Shown here: piece after piece, positions 61,401-64,000 of the stretch
Layout: each line of letters begins with the position of its first letter
Numbering within the stretch: position 1 is the first letter of the stretch
Assembly: GCA_043228905.1 (NCBI GenBank)
Contig: JBHGNT010000002.1
Span: forward strand, 22,754,001 to 22,818,000
DNA: 64,000 nt
Reading direction: 5' to 3'
From: Azolla caroliniana
Taxonomy: Eukaryota > Plantae > Polypodiophyta
The notes under the pieces: generated by a model
Told to the model about the DNA's origin: nothing
The model's database searches: none
The model's input: only the letters and a program-made list of their open reading frames with translations
Made by a program: the position numbers and the translations under genes

Positions 61401-63878
61401 ATAGCAGGTTTTAAACAGCGTCTCTAGCTGTTCACACAGTTTCAATGGTAGAGCTCAATGAAGGATCTCTAACCCTCACACTCTGATACCATGTAAAGAA
61501 TCTAACTCTAGTAGAGTTGCGTATTCAGAAGCATAGTGTGTGTGTGAGAGAGAGTGAGTGTATAAGCAAGAGAAGGATTAGAGAGAATAACCAGAAGATA
61601 AGAAGACACACAGTAGGGGGATGACAGCTTATGCACTTAAGCGAGCTATATTAATTAACTAAAGATCATCAACTAAACTAAATGGCCGAAGGGGGTTTTA
61701 TATACAAGTCCTCAAGGGACTGCCCTATTAAATGTGTTGGTGGAATCTAACTAAGATATCCACTTGAGTATGATTTTGTCATAAGAATAACTAATATTCT
61801 TTGACCACACTAACACTCGACAACTACACGGATTACAATAAAGTGTGCTCACACACTTTTTTACACATCGTCCTTTTCTTCATAAGCACATGTTCGCAGT
61901 TGCCCTATTACACTATGCAGCACATAGGATAGATGTCCATATAAGGTGGCCTGATGATGAGTCCATCCTCCGATGTGTGTAAAACGAAAGAACTTTAAAT
62001 TTTACGAAGCACTTGATGTATTTTACACATATTCTATGTATTTAACATATTTTATCTGTAGAATATGTACTCTAAGGCTAAAGAGAGAGGCTGATAGTAG
62101 GGATTCTCACCAATGTGGCTAGCCACAACCTACTCAGGTCCGCACTTTTCCTAATATTGATATATTAACATCTTTGAGAAAATAAAAAATGGCCTATGAG
62201 AGTGAACAAGATATTAGATCTTAAAATTTTGAGCCCCCTATTTTAGAAAGCAAAAATGAAAATTATTGAAGGTACCATCCAGTCAGCATTAGAGTAACTA
62301 TCGCTTCAGAATGTACAGGTTGAATCGAAAAGGGCTGATACAATCCCACAGGTGTCTCTCAGTATACTTTGCTTCAAGAGGGTTTGGAGTATTGCACCAT
62401 CATATGCCACTAGGTGATCAAAGACCTTCAAGATTCTACAATTTTAGAAGCACAGATCAGCCATATTGAAAGAAAGGGCACTCCAACCCATTGGAGCATC
62501 GTAGAGCTGTCGACATTAACTTCCCCCATAAACCACAGGCCCCAGACACCATGTTAATTCAAATAGAGTACATGGGAGGCAATGGAACTATCTAATGGGA
62601 TCACTCTGGTAGAAGATGCCCAAGACAACAAGGAGAAGAATGAGAAACCCACTCCTAAAACAGAATTGACATCATTGTGAAGCATTGGAGGCTTGAGTCA
62701 TCGAGATTCTTCATGCACAATAATACAATAAGATGAGGCATCTCATGGGGCATTGCAATCTTGCTTGTCTTGTATTAATTTTATTTAGGGCTTATTAAAT
62801 TTCATTTCTCAAATAAGTAAAAGCAAAGACATTAATATACTTATTCTTCTTCTGACCATTGAAGCATTATTTCTTACAAAAAACAGGCTTGCATATTATC
62901 TAGTGTTGGCTAATTCTGATGGAAATATAAAGCATAGTATATGCAACAGCCATGGCCAAGAACCTCAGCTGATCATTGAGCACCATGCAAATTAAACCAA
63001 TGACCCTTTCATCATCTCATGTGAGAAAATCTCATTTGGCATTATCTATCCTTAAATCAATAGTGTATGATGTACAACATTCATATGCACATGTACCTTC
63101 TCTAACAAGTCCTGTAAGCACTGCACAACACGTTTGCTTACAGAAACCAGGCAAGCATCCTGTATCTGCTCAATCTGATTCAATCCCTGACGATGAAGAC
63201 TCGAAGAAGAAACCTCAGTTAATAATACTTTTGCCTGAAATCAAATAAGAAAGACATCAGGCTTTATAGAAAATCTATGAGTACAGAAACAAAATAGCAA
63301 TATAAACCTTCTGGAGAAGTTGCTTTGACATGTTGCTCACTTTTGCTGAAGCAGCAGCAACATCAATACACAGTAATGCCTACAATGAAAACATTGATTT
63401 TTCACAATTGTATAGTTGATTCTAAACATTGACTTTTCACAATTGTACAGTTGATTCTAAACATTGACAACATTTAGTATCTAGCACATAAACCATAAAA
63501 AGATAAAATAACATACATTTGCAAGAGGGGTGAGTGGAGCTCGCAATCCTGCAAGCTTCAGGGCTTCCTCTGGACTTGAAGATCCTTCAGCCACCTGTGT
63601 AACAACGTCATTCACCTGTTGTGGAAAAATATAAATCTAATTTAATTTCCCATTTTCATTTTCATTACTAAGGAATGTGCAATGAGATCATCAACACCAA
63701 AGTGCAGCTGTGTATCACCAAAATGATCTTCACTCCATTAAAAGTTATTCTTACCGATGCTCTTGCTACTGCTCCATCTACCCATGCAGCAAGCTGCAAT
63801 GCAGCTTCATCTTCTGGAGGCAAGGAAAATCGATGAACGGCTTCCTCACCAAGGTCATATTCAGCCCTTTGGACGCAC
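40468..63878 (-). CDS. ZFYVE26: ZFYVE26/spastizin (SPG15, AP-5 partner) homologue, 3' part with more than 25 exons; 5' end beyond the window; last exon 40468-40533
   Basis: Exon peptides match the plant family as I recall it: QRAEYDLGEEAVHRF, YPLKLDVIKHL..SPVRAILACVFG, FPTLNRWIQ, WQYCLRL, RELQGQKL, WKHSLFGNPND, CGRLKTAFQIASRSGS, DMCKQWL. Large introns at ~48597-54478 and ~57951-63096. Confidence 0.88.
48969..48991 (+). repeat. Interstitial Arabidopsis-type telomeric repeat (CCCTAAA)x3
   Basis: CTAAACCCTAAACCCTAAACCCT. Confidence 0.7.
49000..50300 (-). mobile_element. Decayed LINE fragment (APE endonuclease region) in a ZFYVE26 intron
   Basis: Minus-strand remnants IMGDF..RIG, GGSVVD and SWFDEECK. 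Boundaries approximate. Confidence 0.6.
50690..51330 (+). mobile_element. LINE 3' fragment (RTE/RTEX/L2-like C-terminal zinc-finger region)
   Basis: Reads ...GFIIRPSY...SSHQLEVEVGRY..IPLEE..QLCH.GVES..; shares sequence with 53750-53800. Confidence 0.6.
51580..52425 (+). mobile_element. Ty1/copia 3' remnant (RNase H, PPT, short LTR 52245-52425)
   Basis: WCDNKSAVNIANNPVQHDRT|KHIEIDRFFIKE split by a MITE; PPT GAGGGGGAG; TGTTG...CAACA. Confidence 0.85.
51680..52053. mobile_element. hAT-type MITE inside the Copia RNase H
   Basis: TIRs TAACAATCGGCAAC / GTTGCCTATTGTTA; 8-bp TSD CAGGCACA / CAAGCACA; AAACC subterminal repeats. Confidence 0.85.
52426..53990 (+). mobile_element. LINE RT-to-C-terminal fragment (RTE/RTEX-like), interrupted by a MITE
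   Basis: ILLYVD|LISDSPE, KTKVMVFN, YTYLGV, LLYGVETWG. Confidence 0.8.
52460..53182. mobile_element. AT-rich non-autonomous TIR element (hAT-like)
   Basis: 12-bp TIR CATAGATTGACA / TGTCAATCTATG; flanks TGTTGATG / TGCTGATT. Confidence 0.75.
58120..59760 (+). mobile_element. Two tandem internally deleted copies of the same LINE family sharing a ~230-bp 3' segment
   Basis: AEMGAAPII and KTKVMVFNTTQAW match 53.2-53.9 kb; 58625-58860 resembles 59478-59712. Confidence 0.8.
59946..60016 (+). pseudogene. 71-bp fragment of 25S/26S rRNA
   Basis: ACCTGAAAGATGGTGAACTATGCCTGAGC..GGCGAAGCCAGAGGAAACTCTGGT.GAGGCTC.TAGCGAT matches a conserved eukaryotic LSU rRNA segment apart from transitions. Confidence 0.9.
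60330..62000 (-). mobile_element. Minus-strand fragments of the same LINE family, interrupted by a Copia derivative
   Basis: Reverse complement matches ...CAATGTGCA..CAGTTCCAAGAGCC...TTTGATACA of the 59.2 kb copy; ~66-bp tandem repeats at 60700-60840. Confidence 0.6.
60983..61865 (-). mobile_element. Internally deleted Ty1/copia element: 5' LTR 61492-61865, PBS, gag 5' part, last ~88 bp of 3' LTR
   Basis: TGGTATCAGAG tRNA-iMet PBS at 61491-61481. gag MGSALPTEKLDRHNYASWEYKM...EAWK. 60983-61070 repeats 61492-61579. LTR TGTAAA...TTTACA. Confidence 0.85.
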
Positions 63879-64000
63879 CTGCATAAATAGTAATACAACC
63901 GCAGCTATGCTACTTAACAAAAGTTAACAATTGGGTGCATCAACAAGAACATAATTTAAGACCCTCATGACACTTGAAACATGTTCCACATCTTTGAAAT

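Noticed and set aside
61951-61990. CTGATGA...GAAA hammerhead-like core
   Set aside because: No stem II or flanking helices; it is the antisense of LINE coding sequence (DGLIIRPPY).
63388-63470. Short tandem repeat (also the ~50-bp duplicate at 54069/54222)
   Set aside because: Ordinary intronic slippage duplications with no evidence of function.

Overview
Land-plant nuclear DNA, probably from a non-seed plant such as a fern (inferred from the transposon lineages present). 1-19.3 kb is a deep nest of Ty3/gypsy LTR retrotransposons in which two chromodomain elements alternate with several members of a GC-rich, chromodomain-less family. That family has TGTCG...CGACA LTR ends, 4-bp TSDs, a tRNA-Trp primer site, a DHG protease motif and an FLDD RT motif. 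One member (3726-11037, minus) is intact and very young. All six readable target sites of the family have a central CG (five are ACGG/CCGT) and all lie inside other retrotransposons, suggesting CpG-directed integration. The family also carries a conserved GGAUUUU + pseudoknot -1 frameshift signal placed after the protease. 19.4-30 kb holds an L1 relic, five U14 box C/D snoRNA genes (three in exact 400-bp tandem units), a MITE and a ULP1-carrying transposon relic. 31.7-38.3 kb is a SAC3B/GANP-family gene (+, 11 coding exons, ~1627 aa). From 40.5 kb to beyond 64 kb is the 3' part of a convergent ZFYVE26/SPG15 (spastizin) homologue (minus), with two large introns filled by LINE, Copia and MITE relics and a captured 25S/26S rRNA fragment.
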